DNA from: Spirochaetia bacterium
Lineage (GTDB): Bacteria; Spirochaetota; Spirochaetia; UBA9216
Assembly: GCA_963677925.2 (NCBI GenBank)
Contig: CAXXYH010000003.1
Coordinates: 288,001 to 352,000 of the forward strand
Direction: 5' to 3'
DNA: 64,000 nt
Shown: one piece after another, positions 41,284 to 50,517 of the stretch
Position numbering within the stretch: the first letter of the stretch is position 1
Layout of the letters: each line of letters begins with the position of its first letter
Made by a program: the position numbers and the translations under genes
The notes under the pieces: model-generated
Seen by the model: only the letters and a program-made list of their open reading frames with translations
The model's database searches: none
What the model was told of the DNA's origin: nothing

Positions 41284-42240
41284 ATGAGCGGAAGTATATG
41301 CGATGTGCCGGGAATAAAAGTCGGGCATGCACAGGATTTAACAGGTGGTACAGGATGTACAGTTATTCTGCCGGATACAGAGGCTGTATGCGGTGTTGAT
41401 GTTGCCGGCGGAGCTCCTGGAACCAGAGAAACAGACTGCCTCAATCCGGTTAATTATATCCAGACGGTCCATGCAGTTTATCTTGGCGGGGGAAGTGCCT
41501 ACGGACTGGCCGGTGCAGACGGAGTTATGAAGTGGAGCGAAGAGAATAACAGAGGTCTTGATATCGGAATAGGACTGGTACCAATAGTTCCCGGAGCAGT
41601 CCTTTTTGATCTGCCGGTAGCCGATTATAAAGCCCGTCCGGATCAAAAGATGGGGTATGAAGCCTGTCTGGCGGCCAATTCAAATGAATCAAGAATGGGT
41701 AATATTGGCGCAGGAACAGGGGCAACCCTGGGAAAAGCCAAAGGTATTGATTTCTGCATGAAGGGCGGGCTTGGAACTGCAAGCATGAAGATAGGTGAAA
41801 TCGTTGTCGGTGCAATAGTGGCTGTAAACTGCTTTGGAGATGTCATAGACAATACTACCGGCCGGATAATTGCAGGAACCAGATCAGATAAACCCGGAGA
41901 ATTTCCGGGAACTGCAAAACTGCTGGCAGAACAGGCATCAACAGGCATCAATCCGATAAAGTCAAATACAACCATAGGAGTAATTGCTACTAACGCTAAA
42001 CTGACTAAACCTCAGGCTGCAAAAGTGGCCCAGATGGCTCATGACGGCTATGCCAGAACTATAAACCCGATACATACCATGCATGACGGAGACAGTATTT
42101 TCTGTCTTTCAAATGGAGATATAGAAGCAGATTTGACCGCAATCGGCAGTATGGCAGCTGAAGTAATGGCAGTTGCAGTCATTGAAGGCGTGAAAGCTGC
42201 AAAAACCATATTCGGAATACCGGGATTAGCAGGAGAATAA
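41284..42240 (+). CDS. P1 family (DmpA/ThnT/NylC-like) self-cleaving Ntn amide hydrolase
   Basis: DVPGIKVGH, TGCTV, GGAPGTRET, GGSAYGL, GAGTGA, N|TTIGVIATNA, HDG, HT..DGD. Confidence 0.9.
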   Translation: MSGSICDVPGIKVGHAQDLTGGTGCTVILPDTEAVCGVDVAGGAPGTRETDCLNPVNYIQTVHAVYLGGGSAYGLAGADGVMKWSEENNRGLDIGIGLVPIVPGAVLFDLPVADYKARPDQKMGYEACLAANSNESRMGNIGAGTGATLGKAKGIDFCMKGGLGTASMKIGEIVVGAIVAVNCFGDVIDNTTGRIIAGTRSDKPGEFPGTAKLLAEQASTGINPIKSNTTIGVIATNAKLTKPQAAKVAQMAHDGYARTINPIHTMHDGDSIFCLSNGDIEADLTAIGSMAAEVMAVAVIEGVKAAKTIFGIPGLAGE

Positions 42241-42241
42241 A

Positions 42242-43159
42242 ATGAAAATATCAATTATCGGTTCAGGAGCAATGGGTTCACTGTTCGGAGGAAAACTTGC
42301 AGCAGCAGGTAATGAAGTTGTTTTATATGATATAAATCTGGCTCATGTGAATGCAGTAAATGAAAACGGCTTAAGAATAGAAACCCTTGCGACAGGAGAC
42401 AGCGAATTCATAAAGGTAAAAGCTTCCGACAACCCTGAAGATGTGAAAGATTCAGACATAATGATCATCTTCGTAAAATCAACGGCAACAAAAGCCGTTG
42501 CCGAATCTTTCAAAAAACATGCTTCTGATGAAACAGTAGTAGTTACGCTTCAGAACGGAATCGGCAATGAAGATCTTATAAGAGAGGTTTTCGGCGAATC
42601 AAATACCGCCGCCGGGGTTACATCTCAGGGTGCGACATTTGCCGGCCCCGGACATATCAAACACGCCGGAAACGGCCCCACCCACCTGTGTATGTCAAAC
42701 GGCAAAAACTCAAAACTTGAGGCTTTTTCCAGAGAGCTTGCAAAAGCCGGATTTGAAATTATGCTTGAAGATGATATTGCAGGACTTGTATGGAGTAAGC
42801 TTGTTATCAATGTCGGCATAAATGCATTAACTGCTTTAACAGGGCTCAAGAACGGTGAACTGCTTGATTATGAAACAACCAGGGAATTAATGAGTGACCT
42901 GGTTAACGAAGCTGTGGCAGTTGCAAAAGCAGCAGGAATACAGCTTACCTATGATAACCCTCTTGAAACTGTTTATTCAGTTGCTGAAAAGACAGGAGCA
43001 AACAGGTCATCCATGCTTCAGGATTTTGACAGGGGCAGCCGCACGGAAATAGATTTTATAAATAATGCAATAGTAAAAAAGGGACAGGAACTTGGAATTG
43101 ATACTCCGGCTAACCGAATAATTGGAGCCCTGGTAAAAACCTATGACCTTAAAAGATAG
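42242..43159 (+). CDS. panE: 2-dehydropantoate 2-reductase
   Basis: GSGAMG, FVKS, TLQNG, WSKLVIN..IN, SSMLQD..TEIDFIN. Confidence 0.93.
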   Translation: MKISIIGSGAMGSLFGGKLAAAGNEVVLYDINLAHVNAVNENGLRIETLATGDSEFIKVKASDNPEDVKDSDIMIIFVKSTATKAVAESFKKHASDETVVVTLQNGIGNEDLIREVFGESNTAAGVTSQGATFAGPGHIKHAGNGPTHLCMSNGKNSKLEAFSRELAKAGFEIMLEDDIAGLVWSKLVINVGINALTALTGLKNGELLDYETTRELMSDLVNEAVAVAKAAGIQLTYDNPLETVYSVAEKTGANRSSMLQDFDRGSRTEIDFINNAIVKKGQELGIDTPANRIIGALVKTYDLKR

Positions 43160-43342
43160 AGCTTCTTGCAAAACTCGGTTAGTTTTGCAAGAAGCTTTGA
43201 AGCAAAATTTTACATAATTTTGTAAATTATTATTTAATAACAAATTGTAAAATTTTCTTCACTTACATTAAGGTAACAATTTAAAAACTTTCTTAGTTTT
43301 TAAATTGCCTAGATAAATCAAACTGATTTAAATATTAAATCA
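43160..43342. repeat. Cluster of AT-rich inverted repeats (REP/MITE-like) between convergent operons
   Basis: 16-bp perfect IR 43160-43196; 11-bp IR 43204-43256; 13-bp IR 43277-43307; 8-bp IR 43324-43342. Confidence 0.6.
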
Positions 43343-43346
43343 TCAT

Positions 43347-43397
43347 AAAAAAAACCGCAGACATTGAACTTTAGTCAGTTCGGTCTGCGGTTTTTTT
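43347..43397. terminator. Bidirectional intrinsic terminator
   Basis: aaaaaaaaCCGCAGAC-N20-GTCTGCGGttttttt. Confidence 0.85.
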
Positions 43398-43414
43398 ATA
43401 AACCTGATTAAGAT

Positions 43415-44605
43415 TTACTGAGCTGTAATTTTATCAACAAGTACTTTCTCTCCGCCTTTGATTTCAAAGAGGAAGAGGGGCTTGTCTGCAGGATATCCGC
43501 CTTTATTGGTCCAGCTGTACTGAAGACCGTCAAAGTTCTGAATATCATTACAGTAGTCTCTGATTAAAGTTCTTTCTTCTGCAAGTTTTGCAGGATCACC
43601 AGTCACACCGGTTTCTTCGATTGCTCTTTTGATCATGTAAACAGCATCGTAGTAGTTGGGTGAAAGACTGAAGGGCTCTATACCGTCATGATCGTCCTTG
43701 AAACTCTGTCTGAAAGTATTCCATCTTGGAGTATCGAGACTTGGATCACTGTAGTTATAAAGCATGATACCATCGATTTTATCGCCGCCTGTTGTGTAAA
43801 GAGCAGCGTCATCAGCACTTGAGAATACAAGTATTTTACTCATATCTTCCCAGCCTCTGTTCTTGAGTTCGATGATAATTTTAGCTACTTTTTCTGCATT
43901 ACATGCAAAAATTATACCGTCAGGATTCTGTGCAAGGGCCTTAACGATAAGCGGACCAAAAGATACTGCATCTGATGGTACATCTACATCTTCAAGAATA
44001 TTTGCGCCAGCGTCCTTAACTCCCTTTACATGAGCTTTTGCCATGCCGGGCCATGCGCCGTAGTTTTCTACAAACTGAACAACGTTTTTAGCACCGGTTT
44101 TCTCTGCCCATGCAGTAATAATCGGTGCAAGCCTTTCTTCTGTAGGAGCAAACCATGAAATTGCCCATGGAAAATACTCAGCGGCATATTCGTAGGAAGT
44201 TGTAGCTGTAAAGCTGTAAAGTCCCTCATCAGCTGCGATTGGTACAGCAGCCATAATTACAGGTTCGGGTACGGGACCCATAACTACAAGAGCACTGTCA
44301 ACAAGCTTTGACATTTCAACAGTTCCCTTTTCAGGGCTCATAGCGGTATCAATACCAACAACCTTTACAGGTTTTCCGGCAATACCGCCGGCAGCATTGA
44401 TTTCTTCTGCTGCGTACTCAGCACCCCACTGCAGGTATTCACCGATACTTGCAATAGGTCCGGTAAGACAGTTAAGGAAAGGGATTTCCCATTCATCGAC
44501 AACGACCCCACCGCTTTCAGAAGCGCCTGCTTCCTGACTTCCGCCTGCATAAACGAAAGACATGGAGAGAAGCAGCAGAACTAAGACTGTTAAAATCTTT
44601 TTCAT
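43415..44605 (-). CDS. Liv/HAAT-family ABC substrate-binding protein
   Basis: Signal peptide then GGSQE; LTGPIASIG, EEINAAGGIAGKP, YDAVYMI. Confidence 0.9.
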   Translation of the reverse strand: MKKILTVLVLLLLSMSFVYAGGSQEAGASESGGVVVDEWEIPFLNCLTGPIASIGEYLQWGAEYAAEEINAAGGIAGKPVKVVGIDTAMSPEKGTVEMSKLVDSALVVMGPVPEPVIMAAVPIAADEGLYSFTATTSYEYAAEYFPWAISWFAPTEERLAPIITAWAEKTGAKNVVQFVENYGAWPGMAKAHVKGVKDAGANILEDVDVPSDAVSFGPLIVKALAQNPDGIIFACNAEKVAKIIIELKNRGWEDMSKILVFSSADDAALYTTGGDKIDGIMLYNYSDPSLDTPRWNTFRQSFKDDHDGIEPFSLSPNYYDAVYMIKRAIEETGVTGDPAKLAEERTLIRDYCNDIQNFDGLQYSWTNKGGYPADKPLFLFEIKGGEKVLVDKITAQ

Positions 44606-44697
44606 TTTTTCCTCCTAATATTCTAAACGCATACGCGTTTATTACAATTTATAAATATCGGATATTTTCAAATATAAAACAGTTTAAAAATATTCCG

Positions 44698-45576
44698 TTA
44701 TACCTTTTTCGGTTTTTTGAAAACATTGACAATCTTTTCAATCATCTGCCTTGTAATAACACCTTCAGGCTTTATGACAAGAACAACTATGAGAAGTATA
44801 CCATAGATTACAATATTCCAAGATTCAACAATATCCGGAAGTATCAACGGAAATCCCCATAATAGCGGGGCTGCAAGCAGGGCTCCCCACTGAGTGGTGT
44901 ACCCGCCGACAAACAGCATTGTCATACAGACACCGACAATATGGAATGTAAAATGGTTCGGTGAAATACTTCTCATAATGAAAGCATAAAGAACACCGGA
45001 CATTCCGCCGAGTGCGCTCGCCCAGGTCTGAAGAAACATACCCATCTTCTTCACATCAACCCCGAAGGATACAGCAAGCTCTCTGTCGATAAAAATTGCT
45101 GATGCTGCACGGCCAAGTCTTGAATTATCAAAACGATGTATAAGAAAACCTGTAATTATCACCATAGCGTATATGAAAATGATAAGAAATGTTCTGTTAG
45201 CCGCCGAAGTCTGTAGAATCTTGGGTATACTGAAAATACCGAGCGGACCTCCGAATGCTTCAACATTTTCAATAATTGTTTTTGTAAGATAGATAAAAGT
45301 AAAACCTACAATAACAACAGCAAAGCAGGGAGCATCACCTATAGCTATGGAAACAAGGAACCCGATTAATGCACCAAGCAATGTTCCCACTATAAAAACA
45401 ACTATAAAAGGCCAATCAAAATTGATAGCCATTAAGGCTGAAAAATATGCTGATATTGCCATATTAGCAACTGTCATAAAATGAAGCTGTCCTACCCTGT
45501 ACGGGATATAGATGGACCAGCTCATTAGTATATAGATGGCGGTTATTGCCAGAAAATAATATAAAGGTAAAGACAC
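44698..45576 (-). CDS. LivM-like ABC permease; GTG start
   Basis: Multi-TM; GGPLGI, SRLGRA, FVGG, PEG. Confidence 0.88.
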   Translation of the reverse strand: MSLPLYYFLAITAIYILMSWSIYIPYRVGQLHFMTVANMAISAYFSALMAINFDWPFIVVFIVGTLLGALIGFLVSIAIGDAPCFAVVIVGFTFIYLTKTIIENVEAFGGPLGIFSIPKILQTSAANRTFLIIFIYAMVIITGFLIHRFDNSRLGRAASAIFIDRELAVSFGVDVKKMGMFLQTWASALGGMSGVLYAFIMRSISPNHFTFHIVGVCMTMLFVGGYTTQWGALLAAPLLWGFPLILPDIVESWNIVIYGILLIVVLVIKPEGVITRQMIEKIVNVFKKPKKV

Positions 45577-45594
45577 AGTACTCCTCCTGACTTC

Positions 45595-46485
45595 CTATAG
45601 CTTGCTTCCGAATACGCCTTTCGGTTTAGCCAGAATAACAACAAGCATAATTATAAAAGCGATAGCGTTAGACCAGGAACCGGCTAGGTACCCCTGAATG
45701 ATAGCTTCCAGAACACCCAGAAGCAATCCGATAATCAGTCCGCCCGTCAAATTACCCAGACCGGCAATGATTGAAACAGCAAGAACCTTATGTCCTAAAG
45801 AATCACCAAGACCGGCAGATGCTGAACCAAGCAGAATAGCCATGAGAACTGCAGTCACACCGCCCAGAATACCTGTCAGTGCGTAACTTAAAAATCCGGT
45901 TTTCAACAGCGGAATACCTACCAGTTTTGCTCCGTTCGGATCTTCGGCAATAGCCCTGAATGCGCGTCCGGTTCTGGTCTTATAAAGCAGCCAGAACAGA
46001 AATGCTACAAAAAGAACTCCGACAATCAGGGTAAGAACCTGCCCTCTTGAAATACTGATAAGACCTACACTTATGAGTGCTCCCTTATCATTTCCAGTCA
46101 GTGCATCTGGAAAGGCAATAGGAAAACCCTGGTTAAAAGTGTGGGAAAGTATGTCGGTAATAATCATTCCCATCCCCATTGAAATAACCATTGTTGCATT
46201 TATATCAACACTGCCTCGTTTTTTCATAATATGCTGAAACATCGGTGCAGTAAGTGCGTTAACCGCAATCGCCGAAGCAATGCCTCCCAGAACACCGAGT
46301 GGTATATTATTACCGGTTAACCCCAGCACGACCCAGGATATATACATCGAAAAAACAATTACCACCGGAAAAGAAAAGTGAATAATCATCGCTACAAGCA
46401 GAAGCAGATTAAATCCCGTTACCAGCAGAACATAAATGCTTCCAAGCGAAAGTCCGTTAAATATTTGTGCTATTAATATTTCCAT
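45595..46485 (-). CDS. LivH-like ABC permease
   Basis: NGLSLGSIY, TRTGRAFRAIAED, GLGN, KPKGVFG. Confidence 0.9.
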   Translation of the reverse strand: MEILIAQIFNGLSLGSIYVLLVTGFNLLLLVAMIIHFSFPVVIVFSMYISWVVLGLTGNNIPLGVLGGIASAIAVNALTAPMFQHIMKKRGSVDINATMVISMGMGMIITDILSHTFNQGFPIAFPDALTGNDKGALISVGLISISRGQVLTLIVGVLFVAFLFWLLYKTRTGRAFRAIAEDPNGAKLVGIPLLKTGFLSYALTGILGGVTAVLMAILLGSASAGLGDSLGHKVLAVSIIAGLGNLTGGLIIGLLLGVLEAIIQGYLAGSWSNAIAFIIMLVVILAKPKGVFGSKL

Positions 46486-46488
46486 TCT

Positions 46489-47205
46489 CTATGCTCCAAG
46501 ATATGCTTCTTTAACTGCAGGATCATTCAACAGTTCTTCAGAAGTTCCGCTCTTGATTATATTTCCTGTTTCAAGAACATAACCGCGATGTGCAATTTTA
46601 AGAGCCTTATATACATTCTGTTCAGAAAGGAGGATTGTATACCCTTCTTTGTTCAGATTTACAAGAATCTCAAAAATATCGTTTACAATAATCGGAGCAA
46701 GCCCGATAGACGGTTCATCTACCATAATCATATCAGGTGATGACATCAGAGCTCTTGCTATAGCAAGCATCTGTCTTTCACCGCCGCTTAACGTACCGGC
46801 AACCTGATTTTTTCTGTTGCCTAGAACCGGAAAGGAATCATAGACAAGTTCAAGTTTTTTATCCGACTGAGAAAGGTTGTGGTGAGCGCCGAGAAGAAGG
46901 TTATCCAGAACAGTCATCGATGAAAAAACTCCGCGCCCTTCAGGAACCAGGAACATACCGCTTCTCACATTCTTATCTACAGATGTATTGGTAATATCCT
47001 TGCCTTTATAAGTAATTTTACCGTTCTCAGGAACATTTGCACCAAGGACAGTTTCCATTATAGTTGTTTTACCAGCCCCGTTGGCGCCTACTAAAACAAC
47101 AATCTCACCTTTCTTAAGTTCAAGATCAATATTTTTAAGCGCTTTTACATGTCCGTAATTTACAGAAAGGTTTTCAACACTCAGTATATTTTCATTCTGT
47201 GCCAA
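46489..47205 (-). CDS. LivF-like ABC ATPase; TTG start
   Basis: GANGAGKTT, VPEGR, LSGGERQM, DEPSIGLAP, AYLG; GGAGG RBS inside livG. Confidence 0.92.
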   Translation of the reverse strand: MAQNENILSVENLSVNYGHVKALKNIDLELKKGEIVVLVGANGAGKTTIMETVLGANVPENGKITYKGKDITNTSVDKNVRSGMFLVPEGRGVFSSMTVLDNLLLGAHHNLSQSDKKLELVYDSFPVLGNRKNQVAGTLSGGERQMLAIARALMSSPDMIMVDEPSIGLAPIIVNDIFEILVNLNKEGYTILLSEQNVYKALKIAHRGYVLETGNIIKSGTSEELLNDPAVKEAYLGA

Positions 47206-47953
47206 GATATGCCTCCAGTACTCTCTGGTCTTTCTGTACCTCAGAAGGTGTTCCCTCAAAAATATTGTCTCCGAAGTTAAGAACAGTGACCGTCTCAGCA
47301 ACATTCATAAGCATTTTCATATCATGACTTACAACTACTACTGTAATTCCCATTTCCTTAATTTTCTGAATAAGCTCACCGACCTGTTCAGTCTCCTTCG
47401 GGCCCATACCGGAGGCGGGTTCATCCATAAGCAGAATTTTAGGCTTGGAAACAAGAGCCCTTGCAATCTGAACAAACTGCCGTTCAGCCCATACAAGATC
47501 AGATGCCCATCTATCAGCAGATCCTGAAAGATTAAGCATTTCAAGAACCTCAAAAGCTGAATCGCGAAGTTCTTTTTCTACTTTCGACTGTCTGAACGGA
47601 ATTCTGAAAAAAGTATCTTTGATATCAGATTTATGATAGTCATAGACACCGCTCATTACATTTTCTATAACTTTAAGTGACGGAACAAGTTTCCCCTGCT
47701 GGAAGGTCCGTCTGATACCTAAATTGGAAATCTCATGCGCAGGTTTACCGGTGATCTCAATGTCATTCAGGTAGATATTACCCGCAGTCACCTCTAAAAG
47801 TCCGGTTATACAGTTAAACATAGTAGTTTTACCGGAACCGTTGGGGCCAATAATGCCATGAATACGTCCGTCCTGAATATCAAAACTTACGTCTTTCAAT
47901 GCCTTTAGACCGCCAAAGTGCTTACTTACACCCTTAATTGACAGCATCAACAT
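47192..47953 (-). CDS. LivG-like ABC ATPase
   Basis: FGGL.AL, GPNGSGKTT, RTFQ, MDEPASG, HDM, AYLG. Confidence 0.92.
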   Translation of the reverse strand: MLMLSIKGVSKHFGGLKALKDVSFDIQDGRIHGIIGPNGSGKTTMFNCITGLLEVTAGNIYLNDIEITGKPAHEISNLGIRRTFQQGKLVPSLKVIENVMSGVYDYHKSDIKDTFFRIPFRQSKVEKELRDSAFEVLEMLNLSGSADRWASDLVWAERQFVQIARALVSKPKILLMDEPASGMGPKETEQVGELIQKIKEMGITVVVVSHDMKMLMNVAETVTVLNFGDNIFEGTPSEVQKDQRVLEAYLGTE

Positions 47954-48162
47954 ATCCTTAAATATTTTTCCGAAATGCTTAAGAATTTACCCGAAAAAGC
48001 AGTCCGGTTGTTTGAGTATCAATTTTAAATAGGGTCTGTTAGAAAGTCAAGGGAAAGTATAGGTTTACTTTTGAAAAACATAATTAATCAGCACTAAACT
48101 ATCGTTTTCGTTAAAAAAGTATCTGTATAATATTTGGATTATGGCGGAAGGCAGATTACAGC

Positions 48163-48633
48163 CTAATGACCCTCACCTTTTATCATTAATAAGGCATGTT
48201 CAAGAATGCCTAGAAGGTAATTTGTACAGGATGTAACAGCCTTAACCGATCCCGGCAGATTGATAATCAGTGTGTTTCCATGGAGCCCTGAATACCCCCG
48301 GCTTAGAACTGCCATCGGTGTTTCCCTGTATGAATGTATTCTTATAGCCTCCGATATACCCGGAACATCCCTGTCGCACCAGGCTGCTGAAACTTCAGGC
48401 GTAATATCTCTCGGGCCAAGACCGGTTCCGCCTGTTGTAATTATCAGATCAAAAGACTCATATTGATTAAGAGCATGAAGAATAGCTTCCATCTCATCAG
48501 CAACAATCGTACCGGAAAGCTCAATCTCCTCCTGAAATTTCTGCCTTAAAATTTCAGTTATGGCAGGACCGGACAAATCTTCGTATTCACCTCTGCTGGC
48601 TCTGTCAGATATTGTAATAACAGCTGCTTTCAA
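48163..48633 (-). CDS. mog: MogA/MoaB family molybdopterin adenylyltransferase; TTG start
   Basis: TISDRASRG..EDLSGP, TTGGTG.GPRDITPE, INLPGS; GGAGG RBS 7 nt upstream. Confidence 0.88.
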   Translation of the reverse strand: MKAAVITISDRASRGEYEDLSGPAITEILRQKFQEEIELSGTIVADEMEAILHALNQYESFDLIITTGGTGLGPRDITPEVSAAWCDRDVPGISEAIRIHSYRETPMAVLSRGYSGLHGNTLIINLPGSVKAVTSCTNYLLGILEHALLMIKGEGH

Positions 48634-49045
48634 CTGTAATCCTCCCGCCTTTAATAACTTTTGCAAATATTCCGCGCCTGGGCATTATACAGTCGCCTAC
48701 CTGCTCTCTGATAGCACATCCGTGATGACATTCTTTTCCGATCTGCGTAACTTCAAGTTCAGTATCACCGATAAAAAGTCTTGTCCCTACAGGAAGGCTG
48801 TATAATTCTATACCTCTGGTTGTTATATTTTCCGCAAAATCACCGAAATTGAGTTCAATACCCTTTCCACGCATAAGATCTATATCTTCATCAGCAAGAA
48901 GGGATATCTGTCTGTGCCAGTTGCCCGCATGGGCATCTCCCTCTATGCCATGTTCAGGTTTAATTTCAAAAAAATCAACCGGTACTTTTTTCTCACCTTT
49001 CTTCTTTGAGATATTCAGTGATAACAGTTCAAATTTATTTTTCAT
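48605..49045 (-). CDS. Stand-alone MOSC-domain protein
   Basis: GIEGDAHAG..HRQISLL, GDFAEN, QIGKECH..C, CIMPRRG. Confidence 0.9.
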   Translation of the reverse strand: MKNKFELLSLNISKKKGEKKVPVDFFEIKPEHGIEGDAHAGNWHRQISLLADEDIDLMRGKGIELNFGDFAENITTRGIELYSLPVGTRLFIGDTELEVTQIGKECHHGCAIREQVGDCIMPRRGIFAKVIKGGRITVESSCYYNI

Positions 49046-49058
49046 ATTTCAGCCTTTT

Positions 49059-49553
49059 CTATTTTCTCTGCCACAGACCGGATTTTCCTCCGGATTTTCT
49101 AATCAATCTTATGGCGGTTATTTCCATACCCCGATCAACTGCCTTGCACATATCGTAGACCGTCAGAGCTGCTGTTGAAACCGCTGTCATTGCTTCCATC
49201 TCTATTCCGGTTTGACCGGAGGTTCTGGCTGTGGCGGTAATGTTTACCTTTCCGTATTTATTTCCGTTTTCACCCTCAGCTTCAATTAATTCAAAATCCA
49301 TATCGACACCGGAAATGAAAATATTATGACACATAGGTATAAGATCAGAAGTTTTTTTTGCACCGGTTATTCCCGCAATCTGCGCAGTTCCCAGGACATC
49401 ACCCTTTTTCAAACTGCCGTCACGGATAAGTCTCAAAGTTTCAACTTTCATATAAACTGAACCTTCCGCTACGGCCTCGCGTGCAGTCATTGCTTTTTCA
49501 GATACATCAACCATTTTAGGACGGCCGTCCTTGTTAAAATGCGTAAATTCCAA
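49059..49553 (-). CDS. moaC: Cyclic pyranopterin monophosphate synthase
   Basis: THF..G..MVDVSEK, KGDVL, LIPMCH, TGIEMEA, YDMCKA, KSGGKSG. Confidence 0.96.
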   Translation of the reverse strand: MEFTHFNKDGRPKMVDVSEKAMTAREAVAEGSVYMKVETLRLIRDGSLKKGDVLGTAQIAGITGAKKTSDLIPMCHNIFISGVDMDFELIEAEGENGNKYGKVNITATARTSGQTGIEMEAMTAVSTAALTVYDMCKAVDRGMEITAIRLIRKSGGKSGLWQRK

Positions 49554-49554
49554 A

Positions 49555-50517
49555 TCAGCCCCCTACTTCATGCATGCTGTGAATTGTTTTTTCAAAATCA
49601 GTCATTTCAAGATTATGTTCACCGGGTTTCATTCTGATTCCTTCCGCAAAAACTTCAGCCAATGTTTTTCCTTCGTCCAAAGCCTCCCGGATATCCATAC
49701 CTCTGTTTGAATGGAGACATGAAAGCAGCTTTCCCTCTGATGTGATTCGAAGCCTGTTACAATCTCCGCAGAATTTATGACTTATCGGATTTATAAAACC
49801 GAACCTTCCCTTCCCCTCGGGAAGCTGCCAGACCTCAGCAGGACTTCCCTTTTCGGTGATATCAATTTTAACCATACCGGGAACCTTATCGAAAACCGTT
49901 TTATTAGGAAGATATCGGTCTTCAGTCCAGCCTGAAGCCTCGCCTACCGGCATCAGCTCAATAAATCTTATCTCAATATCAAGATATTCTGCAAGCTTTT
50001 TGAACTCCAGAATTTCATCTTCATTAAAATCTTTGATGAGCACCGAATTTATTTTCAGAGGCGTTAACCCGGCTTTTAGCGCAGTGTCTATCCCCTTGAG
50101 AACTGAATCAAGTTTATCAAGGCGGGTTATCCATTTGAATTTCTCACGATTAAGAGAATCAAGACTGATATTTACCCGATCAAGGCCTGCATCTTTAAGC
50201 TTAAAGGCCATATCCGGAAGCAGAATTCCATTAGTTGTCAGGGTCAAAGTTTTCAAACCATCAATTTTACGAATATTCTGAATAAGTTCTATAAGCCCCT
50301 TTCTCACCAGAGGTTCACCGCCTGTAAGTCTGATTTTGTTTATTCCGCAGGAAACTGCAGCTTCTGCTATCTCAGTCAGTTCTTCAATTCTCAGAATCTT
50401 TGAGTGTTCTTTTTTTTCAATCCCGCCAGATGGCATACAGTATCGGCATCTGAGATTACATAAATCAGTTATTGACAGTCGAAGGTAATTGATATTACGG
50501 CTAAAGGTATCTAACAC
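49555..50517 (-). CDS. moaA: GTP 3',8-cyclase
   Basis: YLRLSITDLCNLRCRYCM, TGGEPL, FCGDCNRLR, C-terminal GG. Confidence 0.96.
   Translation of the reverse strand: MLDTFSRNINYLRLSITDLCNLRCRYCMPSGGIEKKEHSKILRIEELTEIAEAAVSCGINKIRLTGGEPLVRKGLIELIQNIRKIDGLKTLTLTTNGILLPDMAFKLKDAGLDRVNISLDSLNREKFKWITRLDKLDSVLKGIDTALKAGLTPLKINSVLIKDFNEDEILEFKKLAEYLDIEIRFIELMPVGEASGWTEDRYLPNKTVFDKVPGMVKIDITEKGSPAEVWQLPEGKGRFGFINPISHKFCGDCNRLRITSEGKLLSCLHSNRGMDIREALDEGKTLAEVFAEGIRMKPGEHNLEMTDFEKTIHSMHEVGG

Noticed and set aside
43160-43397. CRISPR-like array
   Set aside because: Hairpins differ in sequence and length, there is no repeat-spacer periodicity, and no cas genes are present
48605-48666. Possible frameshifted MOSC-Mog fusion
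   Set aside because: mog has its own GGAGG RBS and TTG at 48633; the 29-nt overlap fits translational coupling
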